Shown here in pieces: positions 1-8,962 of a stretch of 64,000 nucleotides of DNA. This stretch comes from Acidobacteriota bacterium (GTDB taxonomy: Bacteria > Acidobacteriota > UBA6911), in the NCBI GenBank assembly GCA_963664705.1, contig OY761556.1, positions 4,992,001-5,056,000 on the forward strand, read 5' to 3'. Both the position numbers and the translations under genes were made by a program. The notes beneath the pieces are model-generated. The model had not been told where the DNA came from and searched no databases. It saw only the letters and a list, made by a program, of their open reading frames with translations. Each line of letters begins with the position of its first letter. Position 1 is the stretch's first letter.

Positions 1-108
1 ATCGACACGGGGCGCAGGTGGCTGCTGGGAAGTGACTGTCTGCGCGCCGAGCAGAGCGCCAGTCAGGACCATGACGGTTATCACACGGTTTGCTGCGCGA
101 ATGATCAT
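1..108 (-). CDS. N-terminus of a secreted protein, runs off the window edge
   Basis: Reads MIIRAANRVITVMVLTGALLGAQTVTSQQPPAPRVD, a signal-peptide pattern; GGGGG precedes the ATG. Confidence 0.6.
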   Translation of the reverse strand, partial: MIIRAANRVITVMVLTGALLGAQTVTSQQPPAPRVD

Positions 109-497
109 TGATAGCCCCCAATGTGTATTGCCGCCCGGATTGCAAGGCGGATATTTCCACCATATTTGATGATAGGAAGAATCAACATATTTTCAGAAGC
201 CTAATCGCCTCTTCCTGGGCCGCTTCTGGACCTTTGAGCGGCTTTACCCCCCGATTGTACTCTGCTCGTTAAAAAGCCCACCTATGGAAATTGCATCTGG
301 CGAAATCCAGCCGGCCCCTCCCTCCTGGCTGTATATGATTTACAAATGCCCGGGTCTTTCTGGGTCATTCCGAGTTTCACAACAAAATTTGACCTTCTTG
401 CATCCATTTGGGAACTGTAAAGACCAATATCTCCCGGGGAGTCGCAAAGATGAGGGTTTGCTTTCCGATTGCAGGAATTCCAACTGAGGGTGCAGTC

Positions 498-860
498 ATG
501 CAGGATGAATTTGACAGGAATTTGCGGCTTCTGTTTGAGGAACAGAGTCGAAAACTGCCTGAAGAGCCATTTCTCAGCAAAATGCTCCTAACAATAAGGA
601 GTCAGCAATCACAGCGAACTTTTATCAAGCAGATGCTTATTCCCTTGCTGGGATTTGCTATTTGCGCTCTTCTGTCCCCCCTTCTTATCAGGAGTTCCCT
701 GCTGTTATCCAACTATCTGAACACGATGATTGATGCCGCAGGAGGTTTAATGGATAAACCCACCGCAATATGGACCGGACTCTTATCCTGCATACTTCTG
801 CTCTGGCTTTTGAAACGAAGGCTGTTTCTGCTTTTGTACAGAGTATCCATGCTTATTTGA
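498..860 (+). CDS. Hypothetical membrane protein
   Basis: MQDEFDRNLR start with GAGGG RBS; two hydrophobic segments. Confidence 0.55.
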   Translation: MQDEFDRNLRLLFEEQSRKLPEEPFLSKMLLTIRSQQSQRTFIKQMLIPLLGFAICALLSPLLIRSSLLLSNYLNTMIDAAGGLMDKPTAIWTGLLSCILLLWLLKRRLFLLLYRVSMLI

Positions 861-1023
861 GACTGAGAATGACGAACCATTAAGCCTCCCCGCAACCAAC
901 CCTATTACAAAACCGAATCAATACTGGCCTGAAGTCATTGGTATCCTGAACCGCGCGGGTGACGCCCCCCCCCTCCTGTGAATTTGTATTGCTAACATGA
1001 CATTGACGTGCTAATTATACATA

Positions 1024-1063
1024 GAATTGTTATCACGACACTGGTTGTTATAAACAACAATTC
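1024..1063. promoter_or_regulatory. Putative operator upstream of the Mop/TOBE gene
   Basis: Nested palindromes GAATTGTT..AACAATTC and GTTGTT-ATA-AACAAC; TTGTTAT directly repeated 18 bp apart. Confidence 0.45.
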
Positions 1064-1100
1064 AACATTAATCTGTATGTTCACACGGAGGGGGCAGAGG

Positions 1101-1310
1101 ATGAAGCTGAGTGCGCGTAATGTCCTCAGATGCAAAGTGAAGAAAGTCAACCCGGGGGCCGTAAATACCGAGGTCATACTGGAATTTTCAAATTCAGCCG
1201 AGATAGTTTCGATAATAACGAAAGAATCTGCGGAAAATTTGGGCTTGGCTCCGGGCAAAGATGCCTATGCCGTCGTAAAAGCCTCCAATGTCATGATTGC
1301 GGTAGACTAG
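1101..1310 (+). CDS. mop: Molybdate/tungstate-binding Mop (TOBE domain) protein
   Basis: MKLSARN...GAVNTEV...SIITKESAENLGL...AVVKASNVMI signature; 69 aa; GGAGG RBS. Confidence 0.93.
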   Translation: MKLSARNVLRCKVKKVNPGAVNTEVILEFSNSAEIVSIITKESAENLGLAPGKDAYAVVKASNVMIAVD

Positions 1311-1476
1311 AAAAGATGATTACCGCCGATCCGGCCTGTGGCTGAAATGCCAAGTGCCCCGCTTTATTTTTGCAGGGCCGTCCTCAGCATCGCCCTACCG
1401 TATACAGTACAGGTTCTTTCCCTTAAGCCGCCTGGGGGGTTTAATGCAATCCTTGTTTCTCAGTGGGAGTAGCGCA

Positions 1477-4400
1477 ATGTCACGTTCAGTTGTTCGATCT
1501 ATTATGATTGCCTTTGCTCTTGGGCTAATAGCTTTGGTGCAAATAGAGCCCGCCTTCGCCCAGGCCGCTCGAGGAAATATAAGCGGCGAGGTGCTCGATC
1601 CATCCGGTTCAGTTATTCCCAATGTCGAGGTCAAGCTGGTCGAGGTCCGCACCAACCAGGAGCATGCGGGAAAAACTGACAATGCGGGGTTTTACACGAT
1701 CTTGAATTTAGTGCCCGGCTCCTACAGTCTGATTATAGAAACGGCCGGCTTCAAAAAGTTCACCAATGAAGGAATAGTACTTGCCACGGGCGAGAAGCTC
1801 CGCGTGGATGCAAAGTTGGCTGTTGGCCCTGTCAGCGAAACAGTCTTGGTTGCAGCAGATGCTCCTTTGCTGAGAACCGAGGACGGAAGTCTCGGTCAAG
1901 TCATCCCCAACCGCACGATAATCGAGTTGCCTCTGAACGGTAGAAACTTTCTGGGTTTGGTGGGTCTGGCTGCGGGAGTTGCAAATCCGCCCAATTCCTT
2001 AACGCCGCGAATCAACGGGGGCCGACCCAGAGTAAACGAATATCTATATGATGGAATTTCAGTGCTGCTGCCTGAGCCTGGCCAAGTCGCTTTATACCCG
2101 ATCATAGAAGCAATCCAGGAATTCAAGCTGGAGACGAACAGCCCATCGGCCGAGTTCGGGAGGTTTAATGGCGGGATTGTGAACCTGACCACAAAATCAG
2201 GAACCAATCAATTCCATGGCTCTGCATTTGAATTCTTCAGGAATGAAGTATTGAATGCTCGAAATCTGTTTGCTCCCGCGACTGCAGTCAACCCTGATAA
2301 ACCGGTATTTCGCCGCAACCAGTTTGGAGGCGTTTTGGGCGGCCCAATCGTCGGCGACAGGACCTTCTTTTTCGTCGATTATCAGGGAACCCGTCAATTG
2401 ATTAACCGTGTTCGGACGTCAACCGTGCCAACGCTGCTGCAGCGGCGGGGAATCTTCACTGAGAAAATCAGCGGGGTTGTTCCGACTATCTACGATCCCG
2501 CAACGACAGCCCCGAAGCCGGGCGGAGGCTTTACGCGAACTCCCTTTAAGGACAATACATTGACTTATATGGACTCCGTGGCGGTCCAGTTGTTGAATCG
2601 CTTTCCACTGCCGACTTCAAGTGGAACGGCAAACAATTATGTGAGAAGTGGCAATGAACCGGACAACCTTGATCAATTCGACCTTCGAATCGACCAGGCA
2701 TTCTCAACCCAGGATCATCTCTTTGGGCGATACTCCTATTCGATGGATAAGTCGAACCCCGTAACTCCTCTTCCTGAAGGCAGCGGGAACCTGACTTCAG
2801 GTTTCACAGGAAACAACAGCACGCTGGGGCAGTCCTTCGCCGCCGGCTTTATGCATTCCTTCAGTACGAGGACGGCAAACGAGTTGAGAATCGGATACAC
2901 GAGGCGTGCGGTTACCCAGGCCGGGACAGAACTCGATTCGCCTCCATCTCAGTCTATTTCGCTCCCGGGTCTTCCCGGTAATGCAGCTTTTTCAAACATC
3001 CTTCCAACATTCACGATCAACGGCATTCAGCAACTGGGATCTCCTTCCAGTGCCTCATTGGAATCCCGCACAGATGTCACCGAGATCATTGATATGCTCT
3101 CATTCTGGCGCGGAAGGCACACGATCAAGGCGGGCCTGGATTTTCGATGGGAGAGATTGGATATCATTCAGCCTCCGCAACCTACGGGAGTCTTCAACTT
3201 CAGCACTCTCTTCACAGACCTTCCCGGGGTTTCAGGTACTGGCAACGCGCTGGCCAGTTTCCTTTTGGGCCAGGTGAATACCTTCTCCATCGACCTGCAA
3301 CAGAAAGTCATCCGTCCCAGGGCTCACATCCAGGAGTACTTCATTCAGGACGACTGGAAAGCCACCCGCAATTTGACGGTCAACGCGGGCCTGCGCTATA
3401 CCCTGAATTTCCCTTCCACGGAAGTGGATAATCAAGGCGCCGTATTCAACCTTTCGACTCAACAGCTGGACTACCTCGGCCAGAACAGCTTTCCTGAATC
3501 CGCCAGAAAGCTCCATAAAGCCAACTTCGGCCCACGGCTCGGATTGGCCTATCGCATCGGCGACAAGACAGTCGTGCGGTCAGGCTATGCGCTGGTCTGG
3601 ATTGAACAGTCCGGCATCACGACTCCTTTTACCAATCCGCAGTTTCCGTACATTCAGACTGCCACAAACCGAACCTTGGACAATGTCAACCCGGCTTTTG
3701 TTTTAGCCAAGGGACCCAGCGTTCCGCCGGCTTCTCTCACACCCGATGCCGCCTTGGGGCAGGGAGCATTCACGGTTGATCGCAGCTTGGGTTCGGGTTA
3801 TGTGCAGCAATGGAACCTGACAATCGAGCGGGAAATCGCAAATAATCTTGTTTTCGGGATAGCTTATTCGGGCAACAAAATAACCCACATCGGAATCCCG
3901 GATACCAATATCAATCAGCTCACCATGGACCAGCTCAAACAGGGAAACGCGCTGCTGGTGAATGTTGCGAATCCTTACTATGGCCAAATCCCACGGCAAT
4001 CATCGCTGGGGAATCCGACGATATCCACGGCTCAGTTGCAAAAACCATATCCTAGGTTTACGACGGTCAGCTTCTTCCGAAACAATGTGGGCAATTCCAA
4101 CTACAACTCGATGCAGGTAAAGCTCGAGCGGCGCGCGGCAAAAGGGCTCGCTTTTCTCGTCAGCTACACTCGCTCAAAACTGCTGGATGATGCATCCTCC
4201 GTGTTCAGCAACACAATCTTCACAGGACCGGTAGCCAATTATCCGGTAGCTGACAGCTACAACCGGCACCTCGAGAGAGATGTCTCCACCGGCGACATTC
4301 CGAATGTCTTCTCCACAAGCGTAACCTACGACCTGCCATTGGGTCCCGGATACAGCCTCGCAAAGGCAGGGCTGGCGGGGAAACTGGTCGGCGGGTGGAA

Positions 4401-4827
4401 GATAAACACGATTATTTCTGTTCAATCAGGCATACCGTTGGCTCTTACCCAGGCCACGAATAACAATGCTTTTGCAGGCTTCGGCGTTCAACGCCCGAAC
4501 CTGGTCGGGAATCCGGTTCTGAATGACCCGGGCACGGCAATGTGGTTTAACACGGCTGCATTTCAGGCAGCGTCGCAGTTCACGATTGGAACCGCTTCAA
4601 GAAATCCGGTTCGCGGGCCGGGAGTTCGCAATATGGATCTGTCGTTGATCAAGATGACGAGATTGCAGGAAAAACTGAATATGGAGTTTCGCGCTGAGTT
4701 CTTCAACTTCACCAACACACCGCCACTGGGCGCTCCGGCTGTTGTGCTTGGCAATGCGGGATTTGGAACAATCACTTCCGCGGGTGATCCCCGAGTAGTC
4801 CAATTCGGTATGAAGCTTACGTTCTAG
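1477..4827 (+). CDS. TonB-dependent receptor with carboxypeptidase regulatory-like N-domain (Oar-like)
   Basis: Signal peptide, G.V.DPSG.VIP, LPLNGRNF, FIQDDWK, C-terminal PRVVQFGMKLTF; start approximate. Confidence 0.92.
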   Translation: MSRSVVRSIMIAFALGLIALVQIEPAFAQAARGNISGEVLDPSGSVIPNVEVKLVEVRTNQEHAGKTDNAGFYTILNLVPGSYSLIIETAGFKKFTNEGIVLATGEKLRVDAKLAVGPVSETVLVAADAPLLRTEDGSLGQVIPNRTIIELPLNGRNFLGLVGLAAGVANPPNSLTPRINGGRPRVNEYLYDGISVLLPEPGQVALYPIIEAIQEFKLETNSPSAEFGRFNGGIVNLTTKSGTNQFHGSAFEFFRNEVLNARNLFAPATAVNPDKPVFRRNQFGGVLGGPIVGDRTFFFVDYQGTRQLINRVRTSTVPTLLQRRGIFTEKISGVVPTIYDPATTAPKPGGGFTRTPFKDNTLTYMDSVAVQLLNRFPLPTSSGTANNYVRSGNEPDNLDQFDLRIDQAFSTQDHLFGRYSYSMDKSNPVTPLPEGSGNLTSGFTGNNSTLGQSFAAGFMHSFSTRTANELRIGYTRRAVTQAGTELDSPPSQSISLPGLPGNAAFSNILPTFTINGIQQLGSPSSASLESRTDVTEIIDMLSFWRGRHTIKAGLDFRWERLDIIQPPQPTGVFNFSTLFTDLPGVSGTGNALASFLLGQVNTFSIDLQQKVIRPRAHIQEYFIQDDWKATRNLTVNAGLRYTLNFPSTEVDNQGAVFNLSTQQLDYLGQNSFPESARKLHKANFGPRLGLAYRIGDKTVVRSGYALVWIEQSGITTPFTNPQFPYIQTATNRTLDNVNPAFVLAKGPSVPPASLTPDAALGQGAFTVDRSLGSGYVQQWNLTIEREIANNLVFGIAYSGNKITHIGIPDTNINQLTMDQLKQGNALLVNVANPYYGQIPRQSSLGNPTISTAQLQKPYPRFTTVSFFRNNVGNSNYNSMQVKLERRAAKGLAFLVSYTRSKLLDDASSVFSNTIFTGPVANYPVADSYNRHLERDVSTGDIPNVFSTSVTYDLPLGPGYSLAKAGLAGKLVGGWKINTIISVQSGIPLALTQATNNNAFAGFGVQRPNLVGNPVLNDPGTAMWFNTAAFQAASQFTIGTASRNPVRGPGVRNMDLSLIKMTRLQEKLNMEFRAEFFNFTNTPPLGAPAVVLGNAGFGTITSAGDPRVVQFGMKLTF

Positions 4828-4846
4828 GCAGGAAGTAAATAGAGCC

Positions 4847-4881
4847 TCTGTACCGGTGGTTTCGCATACCGCCGGTACAGA
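4847..4881. terminator. Strong hairpin between convergent genes
   Basis: TCTGTACCGGTGGT / ACCGCCGGTACAGA stem; no clear U-tract. Confidence 0.5.
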
Positions 4882-5002
4882 TACAGCCGATCTCACCAAA
4901 GCCTATTTCCGATTTGGCATTAATGGCTGAAGCGAGCCATCTCACTCCCGCTTGGTACCCTTTGCATCACAGATCATGAAACCAGCGTCATGAGAAAGAA
5001 CC

Positions 5003-6103
5003 TTATCGCCGTCTATTGGCAAAATGCCTTGAATCGCCCCATTCGCCGTAGGCAATCGTGTCTCCCGCCATAGCTATGCGGGATTCAAGGCACATTTTAC
5101 ATGCGTCGGCTTCTTCATCCAGGCATGGCTTATTTTCATACAGCAGATAATCTCTGCGATATTTCGTTGGCGTCAGATTGGGCATTATGACATTGGCACC
5201 CACCCGTAGCGCCTTTTCCCTTCCTATCGGATCGAGGGTTTGCATGGCCGTGGTTGCCGCAATGTTTATATCCTTCATCATGACGCGAAGGATCGCAATC
5301 ATCCTCAGCGACAACTGAAATCTCTCTGTTCCGGAGAGGAGCTCATTTCGATATTGATATAGCGGCGTGCCCTGGTGCTCGATATAGGGCCCCATCCCGA
5401 CCATATCCACATCCAGATCACGAAAGAAAATCAGATCATCTGCAAGATCGGATATTTTCTGAAAAGGCAAACCGATCATCACTCCAGTGCCCACCTGGTA
5501 ACCGACTTTCTTCAGCGCCGCTAGTGCATCCAGTCGTGATTGGTATCTATGGTTATCGTCGGAGGGATGAAGCCTGCGATACAGCTCCGGATTCGAGACT
5601 TCAATCCGCAAAAGATATCTGTGGGCGCCGGCATCCAGCCAGCGCTGATACGTCTCAAGCGTCTGCTCTCCCAACGAAAGCGTAACGTGCAGCTCATTCC
5701 GAACCATTCGCTGAATGGATCGGATCAGATTCTCGATTCGGGAAATGAATCCAGGGTCCTTGCGTTCGCCTGATTGTATGACAATGGAAGCAAAGCCGTT
5801 CTCCGAGGCATACCTTGCTGCCTGCAGGACTTCCTCATCTGTCATTTCATACCGCGCATTGTCCGGATTCCCGGCGCGGATACCGCAATAAAAACAGTTC
5901 TTTGCGCAATAGCTGGAATATTCAATGAGCCCGCAAAAAAAGACTTTATTGCCTACATAGCGCGCCTTGGTCTCCGAGGCTCTCTGGTAGATTGGGAAGG
6001 CATGATCCTCTCCGGCAGAAAGCAACATAACAATATCTTCTTTGGTAAGAAGATCCTTCTCAAGAATGTCCTTTATTTCCTTAAGCATGGGGAATTGTCG
6101 CAT
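5003..6103 (-). CDS. hydE: HydE-like radical SAM enzyme ([FeFe]-hydrogenase maturase family)
   Basis: CAKNCFYC, LSLGE, RYLLRIE, GTGVMIGLP, GMGPYI, GANVIMPN, YLLYENK and C-terminal Cx7Cx2C; start uncertain (6088-6145). Confidence 0.85.
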   Translation of the reverse strand: MRQFPMLKEIKDILEKDLLTKEDIVMLLSAGEDHAFPIYQRASETKARYVGNKVFFCGLIEYSSYCAKNCFYCGIRAGNPDNARYEMTDEEVLQAARYASENGFASIVIQSGERKDPGFISRIENLIRSIQRMVRNELHVTLSLGEQTLETYQRWLDAGAHRYLLRIEVSNPELYRRLHPSDDNHRYQSRLDALAALKKVGYQVGTGVMIGLPFQKISDLADDLIFFRDLDVDMVGMGPYIEHQGTPLYQYRNELLSGTERFQLSLRMIAILRVMMKDINIAATTAMQTLDPIGREKALRVGANVIMPNLTPTKYRRDYLLYENKPCLDEEADACKMCLESRIAMAGDTIAYGEWGDSRHFANRRR

Positions 6104-6175
6104 GGAAGTGAGTTCGCGTGAAGAGCGGCCGGCAGGAAACTTCAAACTGGATTGACCTGGCGGACCGCGTAAAGG

Positions 6176-6358
6176 CTATGAACGCTTGTCGAATCGAAAG
6201 CGCTCCTTCCGTTCAATCTGCACGACCTTTGAGTCGTGTACTGTAATTTCGACAGACCCATATCGAAGACCCTTTATGGCCTGCAGTATTTTCCGTTCCA
6301 CATTTCGATCGGACTCACCGGGAATCAGCGCCTCCATACGAGTTATTTCATCGGGCAT
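6176..6358 (-). CDS. YezD/DUF2292 (OscA-like) small protein
   Basis: AIKGLRYGSVEITVHDSKVVQIERKERFRF signature; AGGAGG RBS. Confidence 0.9.
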   Translation of the reverse strand: MPDEITRMEALIPGESDRNVERKILQAIKGLRYGSVEITVHDSKVVQIERKERFRFDKRS

Positions 6359-6467
6359 TTTTGCCTCCTATCTGTGATTCGCAAAACTGCAGGCCCAGAC
6401 AGAATGGGAAATCACCTATCTGCCTAGACCCCATATGTATCGAAGAAAACGCTAAGCTCGGTTTACG

Positions 6468-7763
6468 CTATTCCTGAGATACCCGCAGTGCCTGATGGAA
6501 ATCCTCGCGAATGTCCTCAATGTCCTCGATCCCCACGGAAACGCGGATATACTCCGGGGTGACACCGGTTTCGATCTGCTCTTTGTCGGTCAACTGTGAA
6601 TGTGTGGTCGAGGCAGGGTGAATCACGAGAGTTTTGGCATCTCCCACATTGGCCAGGTGGCTTGCCAGGGTGACATTATTAATAAATTTGACACCGGCTT
6701 GCTGTCCGCCACGAATCCCAAATCCCAGAATTGCGCCTGGACCTTGAGGCAGATAATGCTGAGCCAGCGAGTGATGTTTATGGTTTTCAAGACCGGGATA
6801 ATTGACCCAAACAACCGACGGCTGCTTCTGAAGCCATTGCGCTAATGCAAGCGCGTTCTGAGCATGGCGCTCCATTCGCAGAGGCAAGGTCTCGAGTCCA
6901 AGCAGGAAGAGAAATGCGGCAAAAGGACTCATGCAGCTGCCCGTATCGCGAAGCCAGTTAGTTCGAGCGTGAATGATGTAAGCAAGATTTCCAAGAGGCT
7001 TGAGTGCTTCGGTGAAAATGGCACCGTGATAAGCCTCATTCGGCTGGGTAAATTCAGGCCATTTCCTGGGATTGTTCTCCCAGAAGAACTTGCCACTATC
7101 CACGATAGCCCCTCCAATGTGGACACCATGGCCGCCGATAAACTTTGTGGTCGAATAGACGACAATATCGATGCCGTGCTCAATGGGACGAAGCAAGGCC
7201 GGAGTAACCGTGTTGTCCAGAACCACCGGAAGGCCGTGCTTATGCGCAATATCTGAAATCTTTTTAAAATCAGGCACGTCATTTTTCGGATTACCAATGG
7301 ACTCCAGATAGACAAGCCGCGTTTGGTCATCAACAAGTTTGGAGATTTGTTCCGGATGGTCCGGGTCAAAAAAGCGAACCTCAATACCAAGCTTCTTCAA
7401 AGTCTGGGTGAAAAGTGTCCATGTGCCTCCATATAGGCTTGTGGATGAAATATAGTTCTGGCCTGAATGGGTGATCGTCAAGATCGCGGCAGTAATCGCC
7501 GCCTGCCCACTGGAAAAAGCCAATGCCCCGATGCCTCCCTCAAGCGCCGCTAGTCTTTTTTCAAGAACGTCGTTGGTCGGATTCATGAGTCGTGAATAGA
7601 TATTGCCGAACTCACGTAATGCAAATAAATTCGCCGCATGATCCGTGTCTTTGAAAACATAGCTGCTGGTTGCATATATAGGCACGGCACGGGCTGTAGT
7701 CGTGGGATCGGGCTCTTGTCCCGCATGCAACGCGAGGGTACTCAGTCGATAATTAGCGCTCAT
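6468..7763 (-). CDS. metY: O-acetylhomoserine/O-acetylserine sulfhydrylase (PLP)
   Basis: [33 protein letters not shown] lysine, [20 protein letters not shown]. Confidence 0.95.
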   Translation of the reverse strand: MSANYRLSTLALHAGQEPDPTTTARAVPIYATSSYVFKDTDHAANLFALREFGNIYSRLMNPTNDVLEKRLAALEGGIGALAFSSGQAAITAAILTITHSGQNYISSTSLYGGTWTLFTQTLKKLGIEVRFFDPDHPEQISKLVDDQTRLVYLESIGNPKNDVPDFKKISDIAHKHGLPVVLDNTVTPALLRPIEHGIDIVVYSTTKFIGGHGVHIGGAIVDSGKFFWENNPRKWPEFTQPNEAYHGAIFTEALKPLGNLAYIIHARTNWLRDTGSCMSPFAAFLFLLGLETLPLRMERHAQNALALAQWLQKQPSVVWVNYPGLENHKHHSLAQHYLPQGPGAILGFGIRGGQQAGVKFINNVTLASHLANVGDAKTLVIHPASTTHSQLTDKEQIETGVTPEYIRVSVGIEDIEDIREDFHQALRVSQE

Positions 7764-7825
7764 TATTCGTCCCCTTTCAGTTCGTCTGATTTGAACTTTT
7801 GATAGATAGCTGCTGCGAATTCTCA

Positions 7826-7866
7826 ATAAAAAACAAAAAGCCCGTCGAATTTGTCTCGAAGGGCTT
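7826..7866 (-). terminator. Intrinsic terminator (attenuator) in the metY leader
   Basis: Minus strand AAGCCCTTCGA-GACAAAT-TCGACGGGCTT followed by TTTGTTTTTT, about 60 nt before the metY start. Confidence 0.85.
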
Positions 7867-7897
7867 CGTCCGGCTTTGGGATTATTGAATTCCCTGA

Positions 7898-8005
7898 TTA
7901 TGGGAAAGTGCTGCTATGCGCCCCTCCGCAATATCCTGCCGGCGTTGCCGTTTGGTGTGATAGACAACAACAGGTCAGAGTTATTTGGAAAATTGCCTTC
8001 TGCAT
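7898..8005 (-). CDS. Poly-cysteine leader peptide 2 (35 aa)
   Basis: [35 protein letters not shown]; AAAAGGG RBS-like sequence; ends just upstream of the terminator. Confidence 0.75.
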   Translation of the reverse strand: MQKAIFQITLTCCCLSHQTATPAGYCGGAHSSTFP

Positions 8006-8182
8006 CAGGATCAACCCTTTCAACAGCAATACTTTGCTACGATTGTCGCCAGCGCTCCGGCCGCAATGCGATTCAGTCACTAAGGTGCGTTCAAAACGGT
8101 TTATGTGATTATGTTATCGATGGAGGAGGTTTGGCCGACCGGCGAATTTTATTGGAATAGCGCTGCTTGGTCCACGCCGCTA

Positions 8183-8251
8183 TTACGCCGTCGGCGTGCT
8201 ACAACAGCAGGGAAAAATCAAAGGCAGTTCTTCTAAGCATCCCAAATTCAT
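8183..8251 (-). CDS. Poly-cysteine leader peptide 1 (22 aa), probably leaderless
   Basis: MNLGCLEELPLIFPCCCSTPTA; the ATG A is the 7th nt after the -10 hexamer. Confidence 0.7.
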   Translation of the reverse strand: MNLGCLEELPLIFPCCCSTPTA

Positions 8252-8257
8252 GCATAC

Positions 8258-8293
8258 AAAATACGTACATATATCTACTTTGTCAATAGATTT
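8258..8293 (-). promoter_or_regulatory. Sigma70 promoter of the metY operon overlapped by a putative Rrf2 box
   Basis: TTGACA (8286-8281), 17 nt, TATTTT; palindrome TCTAC-N7-ATAGA at 8274-8290. Confidence 0.75.
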
Positions 8294-8365
8294 TATATAT
8301 TATATTAAAAGACCAGGAATCGCGGCTTTTGGGTAACTTCTTTTCAGAGGAAAGTCGGAGTGCGT

Positions 8366-8827
8366 CTAAATTTGATACATCAATACGCTTTTTCTTTCCT
8401 GCGCGGCCCGATCGGACCGGGCCAGCGCTTCGGCCAACGTTGTCCCGTCCAGAATATTTGAAATGGCATCACGAACATCTTTCATAACAATTCGTATCGC
8501 ACAGCTATGCTCATCCCGACATTCGGGGCATCTGGAATAGGCACTTTGGCTCACGCAGGGAACCGGGGCTAGCGGACCGTCAATTGTCCGCACAATCTGC
8601 CCTATTGTTATTTCCTCCGGTGATCTATTCAGGTAATAGCCTCCGCCCTTCCCTATTTTGCTTTCCAAGATTCCTTGATTCTTCAACTCGCGTAAGATCT
8701 GCTCCAGAAATTTTTTGGGAATGTTTTCTCTTTCGGCCAGTTCAGAAATCAGGACAAGCTTCTTGCTTGATTCACGGGCTAAAGCCAAAACAGCCAAAAG
8801 TCCATACTTCGCTTTCATTGACAACAT
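8366..8827 (-). CDS. Rrf2 family transcriptional regulator (CymR/IscR-like)
   Basis: KAKYGL, IPKKFLEQIL, GKGGGYYL, DGPLAPVPC and Cys cluster CVSQSAYSRCPECRDEHSC. Confidence 0.95.
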   Translation of the reverse strand: MLSMKAKYGLLAVLALARESSKKLVLISELAERENIPKKFLEQILRELKNQGILESKIGKGGGYYLNRSPEEITIGQIVRTIDGPLAPVPCVSQSAYSRCPECRDEHSCAIRIVMKDVRDAISNILDGTTLAEALARSDRAAQERKSVLMYQI

Positions 8828-8840
8828 ATATCCCTCATTC

Positions 8841-8865
8841 TGGATAGGAAAAGTAGATCATTATA
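8841..8865 (-). promoter_or_regulatory. Degenerate Rrf2 box and -10 element of the regulator gene
   Basis: Minus strand TATAAT followed by TCTAC-N7-ATCCA. Confidence 0.45.
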
Positions 8866-8909
8866 AAAGCACATCCCAGCCAAACCATCAATGGCCGTCA
8901 AAATTACTC

Positions 8910-8943
8910 TTGACAACTTATAATCTATTATTTATATAGATAT
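8910..8943 (+). promoter_or_regulatory. Sigma70 promoter with putative Rrf2 box for the tlpA-like/tRNA-Cys unit
   Basis: TTGACA at 8910, 17 nt, TATATA; TCTAT-N7-ATAGA at 8924-8940. Confidence 0.7.
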
Positions 8944-8962
8944 TGTATTTATTTTGTGATTC

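Noticed and set aside
861-1100. Moco/Wco riboswitch before mop
   Set aside because: The conserved core is not recognisable; only DNA-type palindromes are seen.
7763-8260. SAM riboswitch or T-box expected upstream of metY
   Set aside because: No SAM-I core or T-box bulge consensus found; the Cys uORFs and terminator explain the leader.
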